From: Candidatus Binataceae bacterium
GTDB taxonomy: Bacteria; Desulfobacterota; Binatia; Binatales; Binataceae
NCBI GenBank assembly: GCA_041491005.1
Contig: JBGPUE010000008.1
Span: 7,212-71,211, forward strand
Reading direction: 5' to 3'
DNA: 64,000 nucleotides
Made by a program: the position numbers and the translations under genes. This document shows, piece after piece, positions 55,668 through 63,980 of this stretch (positions are counted from its first letter, which is position 1; each line of letters opens with the position of its first letter). The notes beneath the pieces were generated by a model, which saw nothing but the letters and a program-made list of their open reading frames with translations, made no database searches and was not told the DNA's origin.

Positions 55668-56606
55668 ATGACGGAAACATCGGTGATGTCTGGAACTGGC
55701 CCGGCGCGTCCAGGTGCGGTTGCGATTTGGGTGCAGGCCGTGCGCGCGCCATCGCTCACGGCAGCCGCGATGCCGGTGCTGTTGGGCGGCGCGATCGCCG
55801 CGCGCGCAGGATTCTTCTCGGCGCCGCGGCTGATGCTCGCGCTGCTGGGTGCGATCGCGATCCAGGCCGGCACCAACCTGATCAATGACTACTACGATCA
55901 CGCGCATGGCGCCGACTCGCCCGATTCGCTCGGCCCCAGCCAGGTGATCCAGCGCGGGCTGTTGACGCCGGCGCAGGTATGGTGGGGCGGCATTGCCGCG
56001 TTCGGCATCGGCGCGGCGCTCGGGCTGGTGCTCGTCTACCTGTGCGGATGGCCGGTGCTGCTGATCGGGATTCCCAGCATCGCGGCCGGATATTTCTATA
56101 CTGCTTCGCCAGTATCGCTCGCGTACGTCGCGCTTGGCGAGCTAACCGTGTTCATTTTCATGGGGCCAGTGATCGTGCTGGGGGCGTATTACGTGATCGC
56201 GCTGGGCTTTTCATGGCCGGCGCTGGCGGCGTCGATCCCGATCGGCTTTTTGGTCGCGGGCATCCTGCATGCGAACAACATCCGCGACATCGACAGCGAT
56301 CGCGCCCATGGCAAGCGCACGCTGGCGACCATCCTCGGACGCAAATGGTCCAACTACGAGTTGGCCGCGCTTGATGTCATGGCATACGTGACGACGGCGA
56401 TCGGGGCGCTGACGCATACGCTTCCGTGGACGGTGCCGATTACGCTGCTCGCGGTGCGTCGCGCGCGCCAGCAACTCGGCATCGTGTTTGCGGAGAACGA
56501 GGCGCGCAAGCTCAACCTCGCACTGCTGCGATCGGTGCAGCTGCACATGGAGTTCGGGCTGCTGATGATCGCAGCGTTCCTGATTGCGCTACCGCTGGGG
56601 TTATAG
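55668..56606 (+). CDS. menA: UbiA-family prenyltransferase, 1,4-dihydroxy-2-naphthoate polyprenyltransferase-like
   Basis: Polytopic. ..WVQAVRAPSLTAAAMPVLLGGAIA.., Asp-rich motif NLINDYYDHAHGAD and a second motif ..NNIRDIDSD.. Confidence 0.75.
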   Translation: MTETSVMSGTGPARPGAVAIWVQAVRAPSLTAAAMPVLLGGAIAARAGFFSAPRLMLALLGAIAIQAGTNLINDYYDHAHGADSPDSLGPSQVIQRGLLTPAQVWWGGIAAFGIGAALGLVLVYLCGWPVLLIGIPSIAAGYFYTASPVSLAYVALGELTVFIFMGPVIVLGAYYVIALGFSWPALAASIPIGFLVAGILHANNIRDIDSDRAHGKRTLATILGRKWSNYELAALDVMAYVTTAIGALTHTLPWTVPITLLAVRRARQQLGIVFAENEARKLNLALLRSVQLHMEFGLLMIAAFLIALPLGL

Positions 56607-56733
56607 CGGCTGAGGCGTCTAGTCCTTGCGCGTCAGCAGGCCTGTGACCCCGAGCACTGCGAAAATCTATCCGGCGAGGATGTGCAGACCCAGGTAGCGG
56701 CGCAACCAAAGCTCGCCCGTTGATGCGTGCCGC

Positions 56734-57504
56734 TCAGAGGCATCCCGTCAGCAGCCCCGGATTGGCGGCCACTTCGCGCCGCAACGACTGGTAGCTTTGC
56801 AAATCGTCGAGCGTGTGGAACATTCCACGATGCGTCCAGCCCATCAGCGGCATCGCGCGCGCCACCATCGGTGCGAAGACGTCGCCAAAGCTGCTGAAAG
56901 GCTGCGCACGCGGCATCAGCTCGAACACCGCCGGCTCGCATATGTACACGCCGCAGAACATCATCGATTGCAGGCCCGCAGCGACTCCTGCATCAATCTC
57001 GGCAGGGAAGTCGCGGAATCCGCCACCAGCCATCAATCTGACGCGCCGGATCATCGATTCCGCATCTACTTCGATGCGGCTGTAGCCCTCCAGGCGCGGC
57101 GGGCGATAGAGCGCGATTGTCACCAGCGGCGAGCGCACACGATGGAACTCGATCATCGCGCGCAAATCGAGATCGAGAATCGTGTCGGCGTTGGCTACCA
57201 CGAACGGCTGATTGCCGAAGAATGATCGGAGTACCAACAGCGGTCCGCCGGTGCCGAGCAGCGTCGGCTCCGGCGAGTAAGTGAGCTCGACGCCGAGCTT
57301 CCTGCCGTCACCCAGCGCCAGTTCGAACTGATCGGCGAGGTGATGGACGTTGATCGCGATTTCGCTGATGCCCGCGCGGCGCAGCATCCCGATCGGATAC
57401 TCGATCAATCGGCGGCCGCCGATCTCCAGCAGCGGTTTCGGAGTGGCATCCGTCAGCGGACGCAGCCGTTCGCCTCGACCGGCAGCCAGCACCAGCGCCT
57501 TCAC
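56734..57504 (-). CDS. murU: sugar-1-phosphate nucleotidyltransferase (MurU-like)
   Basis: GTG start overlapping the upstream stop (GTGA). Contains KALVLAAGRGERLRPLTDATPKPLL (G-x-G-t-R-l). Directly downstream of an AmgK-like kinase, as in the MurNAc recycling pair. Confidence 0.65.
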   Translation of the reverse strand: MKALVLAAGRGERLRPLTDATPKPLLEIGGRRLIEYPIGMLRRAGISEIAINVHHLADQFELALGDGRKLGVELTYSPEPTLLGTGGPLLVLRSFFGNQPFVVANADTILDLDLRAMIEFHRVRSPLVTIALYRPPRLEGYSRIEVDAESMIRRVRLMAGGGFRDFPAEIDAGVAAGLQSMMFCGVYICEPAVFELMPRAQPFSSFGDVFAPMVARAMPLMGWTHRGMFHTLDDLQSYQSLRREVAANPGLLTGCL

Positions 57505-58568
57505 AGGATGCCGATTGCCTCCGTCAGTTTGCGGTAGTCGGCTCTGGGAGCCAGAATGCGTTGAGCCTGGCGCTGACACCACGCGACATATTTCTGGTAG
57601 CCCGCTTTGCCCGTCTGCTCGAAGGACTCAAACCGCCCAATCATCTTGATCGCGTGTTGCAGCACACAGAGCTGATAGCTCTCGACCATCGCGTCGTGAG
57701 TGAGCGTGTTGGCGCCGCGCGCCGCGACGCGATCCAAGTAATGACGCAGCAATTCATCTTCGAGCGCCGGCGAGATCACTCGCGCAGTGTCGCGCGTGGT
57801 TAGCAGGACGGCGAGGTCCTGCGCGGCGGGCGCCATCAGGGCGTCCTGAAAATCGATCACGCGGATGCGGCCGGCGTCCTGCACGAAAAGATTTTGGCCA
57901 TGATAGTCCCGATGCGAAAAGACGCGTGGCAAGTCACCGAGCCGCGCGGCCAACGCCGCAAGCTCCGGTTTGAGCTGCACGGGTTCGCATCGCACGCCGA
58001 GCGCGTCGAGGCCGCAATCGAGAAACTGCTCCATCTCCCAGGCGAACAGCCGCGCGTCGTACGCGATCGAAAATGCGTAGCATCGCGGGTCGCGCCGGCG
58101 CGTGCCCTCGACATGGATCAGCGCGAGCTCATCGATTGCCGCGCGGTAGAGTTCTGCTGCCCGCGCGGGGTCGGCCAGCGCCGCACCGAAGAGCGCCAGG
58201 TCTCCGACGTCTTCGACCAGCATCAGCCGCTCGTTCGGCGCAGCGCGGAAGATTTCAGGTACGGCCACACCAATCGAGCGCATGAAGCGATGAACGTTGA
58301 CGTAGGGCGGCTCTGCGAGCGGTTCGGCCATCAAGCTGAGCGCGCGCACGTACATCGGAAGATCATCGGGGCCGAGATCGATGACAATCGCACTGGGCGG
58401 AGCGCCAGTAGCGCCGGGGTCAATCGCCACGCGCCAGAAGCGGCGTGCCGAGGCGTCGCCGCGCAGTTGAGCAATCTCGCTGACGCGCGCGCCCGGCCAT
58501 CGCCCGGCGACGGCCGGTTCAATCCATGAGTGCGGCGCGGATGACGAGGAGGGCGGCGGCTGCGGCAC
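57501..58568 (-). CDS. amgK: aminoglycoside-phosphotransferase-fold sugar kinase (AmgK-like)
   Basis: Kinase catalytic loop HRDYHGQNLF and IDFQDA (DFG-like), with an N-terminal ..GDASARRFWRV.. nucleotide-binding strand. Confidence 0.65.
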   Translation of the reverse strand: MPQPPPSSSSAPHSWIEPAVAGRWPGARVSEIAQLRGDASARRFWRVAIDPGATGAPPSAIVIDLGPDDLPMYVRALSLMAEPLAEPPYVNVHRFMRSIGVAVPEIFRAAPNERLMLVEDVGDLALFGAALADPARAAELYRAAIDELALIHVEGTRRRDPRCYAFSIAYDARLFAWEMEQFLDCGLDALGVRCEPVQLKPELAALAARLGDLPRVFSHRDYHGQNLFVQDAGRIRVIDFQDALMAPAAQDLAVLLTTRDTARVISPALEDELLRHYLDRVAARGANTLTHDAMVESYQLCVLQHAIKMIGRFESFEQTGKAGYQKYVAWCQRQAQRILAPRADYRKLTEAIGIL

Positions 58569-58596
58569 GGCTGCGATTGTACCGGCGCGCCGCCGT

Positions 58597-58616
58597 GCCC
58601 GCCATGCATGGCGGGC
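58597..58616. promoter_or_regulatory. perfect 20-bp palindrome in the divergent amgK / nuoA intergenic region
   Basis: gcccgccatgcatggcgggc equals its own reverse complement. It lies 29 nt upstream of the amgK start and 86 nt upstream of the nuoA start. TATACT at about 58658-58663 is a possible -10 box for nuoA. Confidence 0.5.
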
Positions 58617-58701
58617 GGCAAGCGGGCCTGCGGATGTCGAAAAGCCGCGCTCATGCTATACTTCGGCGCCGATAAGGATTGCTTTTTTCCCGGCGAGGTA
58701 G

Positions 58702-59055
58702 ATGACGACCTGGTTTCCAATCGCGGTGACATTTCTGGTCGCGGGCGTTGTAGTCGGCGTGATGGTCACCATCAATCGCGTCCTTGGGCCCAAACGGCCA
58801 AGCGCCATCAAGAGCGAAGCTTTCGAATGCGGCAATCCGCCCAGCGGGAGTGCATGGGGCCGTTTTTCAGTCCGCTTTTATCTCACCGCAATCCTCTTTC
58901 TGGTCTTCGACGTCGAAATTGTCTTCCTGTACCCTTGGGCGGTCGAAGTGCGGAAACTGGGGATGTTCGGCTTCGTCGAGGCGCTGATCTTCATCGGCGT
59001 GTTGCTGGTCGGGCTGATCTACGCATGGCAGCGCGGCGTGCTCGATTGGGATTGA
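58702..59055 (+). CDS. nuoA: NADH:quinone oxidoreductase subunit A
   Basis: 117 aa with three TM helices, ..KSEAFECGNPP.., ..FSVRFYLTAILFLVFDVEIVFLYPWA.. Confidence 0.9.
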   Translation: MTTWFPIAVTFLVAGVVVGVMVTINRVLGPKRPSAIKSEAFECGNPPSGSAWGRFSVRFYLTAILFLVFDVEIVFLYPWAVEVRKLGMFGFVEALIFIGVLLVGLIYAWQRGVLDWD

Positions 59056-59105
59056 CCCCGCGTCCGTTTCAAGGCTGATCTGAAGTCCCCCATGCTGATC
59101 GTACA

Positions 59106-59606
59106 ATGCTGATCGAAAAACTCGCTGCGCGCTTCGGCGATGCGATCCTCCGAACCGAGACGGCGCACAACGAAGAGACCATCGTGGTGGCGCGCGATCG
59201 CGGTATCGAGGTGTTGCGCGCGTTGCGCGATGAGCCCGGCTTCCGTTTCAACTTCCTGAGCGATTTGACGGCGCTGGATTGGCTCGGCCGCGCCCCGCGT
59301 TTCGAGGTCGTCTACCACCTTTATTCGTTCGAACTGAAGCACCGATTGCGCGTGAAGGTGCCGCTCGACGAAGCTGACCCGTCGCTGCCCAGCGTGATCG
59401 AGCTGTGGAAGGCGGCCGACTGGCTGGAGCGCGAATGCTTCGACATGTTCGGCATCCGCTTCGAGGGCCATCCCGACCTGCGCCGCATCCTGATGTATGA
59501 CAGCTTCGTCGGCCATCCGCTGCGAAAGGACTATCCGGTCAACAAGCGCCAGCCGATCGTTCCCGAGATCGACCCGGTGACCAGTCCGCGGATGCCATCG
59601 CGCTAG
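59106..59606 (+). CDS. nuoC: NADH:quinone oxidoreductase subunit C (30-kDa subunit)
   Basis: ..[22 protein letters not shown].., ..[29 protein letters not shown].. Confidence 0.9.
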   Translation: MLIEKLAARFGDAILRTETAHNEETIVVARDRGIEVLRALRDEPGFRFNFLSDLTALDWLGRAPRFEVVYHLYSFELKHRLRVKVPLDEADPSLPSVIELWKAADWLERECFDMFGIRFEGHPDLRRILMYDSFVGHPLRKDYPVNKRQPIVPEIDPVTSPRMPSR

Positions 59607-59643
59607 CCGCGCCACGAGCCGGCAACCAATCGAGTCAGCGACC

Positions 59644-60858
59644 ATGTCACTACCCGCGCGCTGGGCAAATAAGATCGAGACGACCGATTCGGCCGATGAG
59701 ATCATGGAAATCCAGATGGGTCCGTCCCATCCGGCCTCGCACGGGACGATCAAGTTCAACCTGAAGCTCGAAGGCGAGCGCATCATGGACTGCGACGTCG
59801 AGGTCGGCTACCTGCATCGCGCGTTCGAAAAGATGTGCGAGCAGGGCACTTGGACGCAGGTTTTCCCGTACACGGACCGGCTCAACTACGCCTCGCCATG
59901 CATCAACAACGTCGGCTTCGCGCTGGCGGTCGAGAAGCTGCTCGGCATCGAGACGCCCGATCGATGCAAGTACGTGCGCATGATCATGAGCGAGGTCTCC
60001 CGCATCACCGACCATCTGACCTGTCTGGGGATGGCGAGCGGCGAAGTCGGCGCGCAGACCGTGATGTTCTACACGCTGGAGGCGCGCGAGTTCCTCTATG
60101 ACCTGGTGGAAGCGGTTACCGGCGCGCGGCTGACGGTCAGTTGGTGCCGCGTCGGCGGAGTGACGCGCGATCTGCCCGCCGACTTCAATGATCGCATCGC
60201 GGCGTCGTTCAAGAGCCTCGACAGCGTGATGTCCGATTGCGACAAGCTGCTCTCTCGTAACCGGGTCTTCATCGACCGGATGTCCGGCATTGGTGTGATG
60301 CCGGCCGACGAGGCGATCTCATACGGCCTCACTGGACCACTGCTGCGCGCGACCGGCGTTTCCTACGACGTTCGCAAGGCCGACCCGTATCTGTTCTACG
60401 ATCGGATGGAATTCGATGTTCCGCTCGGCGAGCGCGGCGACAACTACGACCGCTTCCAGATGCGCTTCCGCGAGATTTTCGAGTCGAAAAAGATCATCGA
60501 GCAGTGCCTCCAACAGATTCCCGAGGGCCCCGTCTCGATCGATGATCCGAAGGTCGTGCTGCCGCCCAAGGATCGGGTGTACAACTCAATCGAAGGGCTG
60601 ATGAATCACTTCAAGCTGATCATGGAAGGCATCAAGGTCCCGCCGGGCGAGGTCTATCAGGCGGTCGAGGGCGCCAATGGCGAGCTGGGGTTCTTCGTGG
60701 TCAGCGACGGCAGCGGGCGTCCCTACCGGGTGCGCGTGCGGCCGCCATGCTTTCTTGCGATGAGCGCGCTGAACAAGATGCTGATTGGCGGGATGATACC
60801 GGACATCATCACGACCTTCGGCATGATGAATATGATCGGCGGCGAATGCGACCGGTGA
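59644..60858 (+). CDS. nuoD: NADH:quinone oxidoreductase subunit D (49-kDa subunit)
   Basis: ..MGPSHPASHGT..L.LEGE.I..C.VEVGYLHR..EK.., ..YTDRLNY.., ..RVRPPCF.. at the C-terminal end. Confidence 0.9.
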   Translation: MSLPARWANKIETTDSADEIMEIQMGPSHPASHGTIKFNLKLEGERIMDCDVEVGYLHRAFEKMCEQGTWTQVFPYTDRLNYASPCINNVGFALAVEKLLGIETPDRCKYVRMIMSEVSRITDHLTCLGMASGEVGAQTVMFYTLEAREFLYDLVEAVTGARLTVSWCRVGGVTRDLPADFNDRIAASFKSLDSVMSDCDKLLSRNRVFIDRMSGIGVMPADEAISYGLTGPLLRATGVSYDVRKADPYLFYDRMEFDVPLGERGDNYDRFQMRFREIFESKKIIEQCLQQIPEGPVSIDDPKVVLPPKDRVYNSIEGLMNHFKLIMEGIKVPPGEVYQAVEGANGELGFFVVSDGSGRPYRVRVRPPCFLAMSALNKMLIGGMIPDIITTFGMMNMIGGECDR

Positions 60859-60934
60859 GCCGCGCGGAGCGTGGTTGCTGAGTGGGGGCGGGAATCCTTG
60901 AGGACGCCGGCGGGAAGGCAAATCGCTCCGCGTA

Positions 60935-61006
60935 GATTCTTCGCTCCGGCAGCCTCCGCTCAGAATGACAAGCTCCTCTCCGTCATCCTGAGCGAAGCGA
61001 AGGATC
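60935..61006. repeat. family-A repeat arms in inverted (tail-to-tail) order
   Basis: gattcttcgct[ccggcagcctcc]gctcagaatgac (60935-69), a 12-nt spacer, then gtcatcctgagcgaagcgaaggatc (60982-61006). The 'gtcat' ends face each other, the opposite of the three other loci. Confidence 0.85.
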
Positions 61007-61066
61007 GCCGCGAAGCGATTTGCTGGCAGAGAGATTCTCGCCAGCGAGGAAAGAGTTAGCTTCTAG

Positions 61067-61104
61067 CTCCCCTCTCGATGACCAGAGAGAGGGTTGGGGG
61101 TGAG
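61067..61104. repeat. family-B repeat, left copy flanking the methyltransferase gene
   Basis: ccctctc-gatgaccaga-gagaggg hairpin followed by ttgggggtgag. The reverse complement of 61070-61104 matches 62897-62930 at about 30 of 34 positions by hand alignment. Confidence 0.8.
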
Positions 61105-62791
61105 ATTGCCAGCTTCAGTTCCGGTCGAGCCGAACCTTCTATTCTACGGGGACAATCTGCAAGTCCTCCGTGAGAGCATCGCGGCCGAATCCGTTGACCT
61201 GATCTATCTCGATCCGCCGTTCAACTCGAACCGCGACTACAACGTGCTGTTCAAGGAGCACGGAGTCGAGTCGGAGGCGCAGATTCGCGCCTTCGAGGAT
61301 TACTGGTACTGGGATCGCACCGCGGAGAAGACCTACCGCGAGCTCACCGATCCGATGGCCGAGAGCCGAGGTGTCCCCGCCAAGCTGGTATCACTGATCG
61401 AGTCACTGCGCGCCTTCCTCGGACAGAACGACATGATGGCCTACTTGGTCATGATGTCGATTCGGCTGGTCGAGTTGCGCCGCGTGCTCAGGCCTACCGG
61501 CTCGCTCTATCTGCACTGCGACCCGACGGCGAGCCACTACTTGAAGCTGGTGCTAGATGCGGTCTTCGGCTTCGACAGGTTCGTAAGCGAGATCGTATGG
61601 AAACGGACCAACGTCCACAGCGACGCAAAGCGGTGGAGCCCGGTCTCCGACACCATCTTCTTCTACTCAAAGACGGCCGAGTTCGTTTGGAACCCCATCC
61701 ATCTGCCGCATTCAGCCGAGTACGTGGAATCTAAGTACCGCTATGCGGAGCCGGACGGTAGAAAGTACAGGCTGGACAACATGACCAGTCCGAACCCGCG
61801 TCCCAACATGACATACGAGTGGAAAGGGTTTCCGCCACCTGCTTATGGATGGCGGTACTCGCGCGAGACGATGGAGAAACTCGACCTCGAGGGTCGCATC
61901 TGGTACCCGGATTCAAAATCCAAACGCCCACAGCTCAAGCGTTATCTTGATGAAATGTCCGGCACACTTCTCGGAAATGTCTGGGTGGACATCGATCCGA
62001 TAAACTCGCAAGCGAAGGAACGGCTCGGCTACGCCACGCAAAAGCCGCTCGCGCTACTAGAGCGAATCATAAAGGCATCCTCGAACGAGGGAGACTTGGT
62101 CCTCGATCCGTTCTGTGGCTGCGGCACCGCGATCCACGCCGCCGAGCAGTTGCGACGGCGGTGGATCGGAATTGACATTACTCACCTCGCGATTGGCTTG
62201 ATCCGCAATCGGCTCGACACAGCCTTTCCCGGGATCAAGTACGAAGTGCACGGGCAACCGGCTGACGCCGAGGGCGCGCGCGCGTTGGCGGAATCTGAAC
62301 CCTACGACTTCCAGTGGTGGGCGCTTCCGTTGATCGGGGCACGCAAGGTCGAGAACGGCGACCCACAGAAGAAGGAAGGCAAGAAAGGAATGGACCGAGG
62401 AATCGACGGAGTGATTCGATTCCTCGACCATCCGTCGGCGGAGCGCAGCCAGCGCATCATCGTCTCCGTGAAGGCCGGCAGGAACATCAATCCTTCGATG
62501 GTCCGCGACTTACGCGGAACCATCGAGCGCGAGAACGCGCCGATCGGAGTCTTGTTCTCGATGTATCCGCCCACTGCCGAAATGCGCGCCGAAGCCGCCA
62601 AGGCTGGCAATTGGCACTCGGACGCTTGGGGCCGCGACTATCCGCAGATTCAGTTGATCACGGTCGAAGAGGCGTTTGAGGGCAAACGAGTCGAGTATCC
62701 GGGGCGCGACGTGACTTTACAGCCGGCGCCGAAAGCCGACGCGCAACAAGAGCAGAAAAAGCTTCCGCTGTTACGGAAGAAGCGCGACTAA
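61094..62791 (+). CDS. beta-class N6A/N4C DNA methyltransferase fused to a C-terminal Mrr-like PD-(D/E)xK (restriction-endonuclease-fold) domain
   Basis: Motif IV DLIYLDPPFNS lies near the N-terminus and motif I LVLDPFCGCGTAIHAAE near residue 335 (order IV..I, hence beta class). The C-terminal ~170 aa (YDFQWWALPLIGA..GKKGMDRGIDGVIRF..RIIVSVKAG..VRDLRGTIERENAPIGVLFSM) follow the Mrr_cat pattern. The start is ambiguous (TTG 61094, GTG 61100 or TTG 61106), and all three lie inside the repeat. 102 G+C in the 180 nt from 61741-61920 by hand count (~57%). Confidence 0.8.
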   Translation: MGVRLPASVPVEPNLLFYGDNLQVLRESIAAESVDLIYLDPPFNSNRDYNVLFKEHGVESEAQIRAFEDYWYWDRTAEKTYRELTDPMAESRGVPAKLVSLIESLRAFLGQNDMMAYLVMMSIRLVELRRVLRPTGSLYLHCDPTASHYLKLVLDAVFGFDRFVSEIVWKRTNVHSDAKRWSPVSDTIFFYSKTAEFVWNPIHLPHSAEYVESKYRYAEPDGRKYRLDNMTSPNPRPNMTYEWKGFPPPAYGWRYSRETMEKLDLEGRIWYPDSKSKRPQLKRYLDEMSGTLLGNVWVDIDPINSQAKERLGYATQKPLALLERIIKASSNEGDLVLDPFCGCGTAIHAAEQLRRRWIGIDITHLAIGLIRNRLDTAFPGIKYEVHGQPADAEGARALAESEPYDFQWWALPLIGARKVENGDPQKKEGKKGMDRGIDGVIRFLDHPSAERSQRIIVSVKAGRNINPSMVRDLRGTIERENAPIGVLFSMYPPTAEMRAEAAKAGNWHSDAWGRDYPQIQLITVEEAFEGKRVEYPGRDVTLQPAPKADAQQEQKKLPLLRKKRD

Positions 62792-62896
62792 CGGGTTGCC
62801 GCGCGCTTTGCGGGGGTGCGCGGGGCGCATATCATTCTGCGCCAGCGATGCGATGCCGGGCGACTCATCATCTGTCATGAGGGCCGAGAGAGCACC

Positions 62897-62930
62897 CTCA
62901 CCCCAACCCTCTCCCTGGTCAGGGAGAGGG
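62897..62930. repeat. family-B repeat, right copy flanking the methyltransferase gene
   Basis: ctcaccccaa + perfect hairpin ccctctccct-ggtc-agggagaggg (10-bp stem). Inverted relative to 61070-61104. Confidence 0.85.
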
Positions 62931-62945
62931 AGTGAAAAGCGGCGG

Positions 62946-63980
62946 GTGCTGATCGTTCTGCTCGGCGCGATTGGCGATGTCGTGCGGGCGCTGCCGTTGC
63001 TCGGCCGGATGCGCCGCGCGTGGCCCGATGCGCATCTCGCATGGTGCGTCGAGCCGCTTTCGCAGCCGATCCTCGAAGGCCATCCGTGGCTCGACGAGCT
63101 GATTGTCTTTGATCGATCGCGCGCGCCATGGTCGATCGCGCCGTTCCTGGCGCGGGTACGCGGCGGGCGCTTCGATCTCGTGCTCGATCTCCAGCGCATT
63201 CTGAAGAGCGGAGTCATCGCACGGGCTTCGGGGGCAGCCGAGCGCATCGGCTTCGCGCCAGCCAATGCCAAGGAGTTCAACCATCTGTTCGCGACCCGTT
63301 ACATCGAGCCGCAGCCCAATCTGCGCCTGAAGCTGGCTCAGTATCAGGCCTTCGGCGATGCGCTCGGACTTGCGCCTGCTGCCATCGAGTTCGGCCTCGA
63401 ACCCACGCCGGAAGAGCAATCGCGCGCCGACGCGATGCTCGCCGATGCGCCGCGGCCGATCCTCGCAGTGATCCTCGGCTCGTCGTGGCCCAGCCGCGTC
63501 TGGTTTCCCGAATCGATCGCCGCCGTGATTCAGTCGCTCGCGCATCCGCTCGAAGGTAGTCCGGCGTTCTCGCCGGTGTTACTTGGCGGTCCGGACGACG
63601 TTGCGCTCGCGCGCGAGGTGGTGAACCTCGTTGGCGAAACGCCGGTCCCCAACTTCGCGGGCAGGACCACGCTGCGCGACCTGATCGCGATCTTCCGTCG
63701 ATCCGCCGCCGCCTTCGGCCCTGATTCTGGACCGATGCATATCGCGGCGGCCGTCGGGTGCCCGGTGGTATCGATTTGGGGCGCGACCTCAGCGCTCCGC
63801 TCCGCACCGTGGGGTTTTGCCGAGTATGCGATCAGCGGGGAGATTCCGTGCGCGCCATGCTACATCCGGCGGTGCCCGATCGGACGCGAGTGCATGAGGA
63901 GAATCGGACCGGCCGACGTTGTCGCCGCGATCCGGCGAGCATTCGCCGCGCACGCGGACCATTCAGGCAACTCACGATGA
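62946..63980 (+). CDS. GT9-family glycosyltransferase (LPS heptosyltransferase-like)
   Basis: GTG 62946 gives VLIVLLGAIGDVVRALPLL.. (typical GT9 N-terminus). Also ..ILAVILGSSWPSR.W.., ..FAGRTTLRDLIAI.., ..GPDSGPMHIAAAVG.P.V.IWG.. The upstream part of ORF 62796 is repeat-derived. Confidence 0.8.
   Translation: MLIVLLGAIGDVVRALPLLGRMRRAWPDAHLAWCVEPLSQPILEGHPWLDELIVFDRSRAPWSIAPFLARVRGGRFDLVLDLQRILKSGVIARASGAAERIGFAPANAKEFNHLFATRYIEPQPNLRLKLAQYQAFGDALGLAPAAIEFGLEPTPEEQSRADAMLADAPRPILAVILGSSWPSRVWFPESIAAVIQSLAHPLEGSPAFSPVLLGGPDDVALAREVVNLVGETPVPNFAGRTTLRDLIAIFRRSAAAFGPDSGPMHIAAAVGCPVVSIWGATSALRSAPWGFAEYAISGEIPCAPCYIRRCPIGRECMRRIGPADVVAAIRRAFAAHADHSGNSR

Noticed and set aside
59056-59105. A hidden or fused nuoB between nuoA and nuoC
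   Set aside because: The gap is only 50 nt. The neighbouring ORFs in other frames (58608-59078, 58784-58987) are Arg-rich noise without the NuoB Cys motifs.
9418-61006. Whether the family-A/B repeats could be a CRISPR array
   Set aside because: The units are inverted pairs scattered tens of kb apart, not direct repeats with uniform spacers. No cas genes are present.
60871-61059. Small ORFs encoded by the repeats (60871-61059, 9318-9500, 22884-23852, and the N-terminal part of 62796-63980)
   Set aside because: Their 'conserved' peptides (VILSEAKD.., ..FAALRMT.., PSPQPSPWSGRGS) are simply translations of the family-A and family-B inverted repeats. They have no RBS and no independent coding signal.
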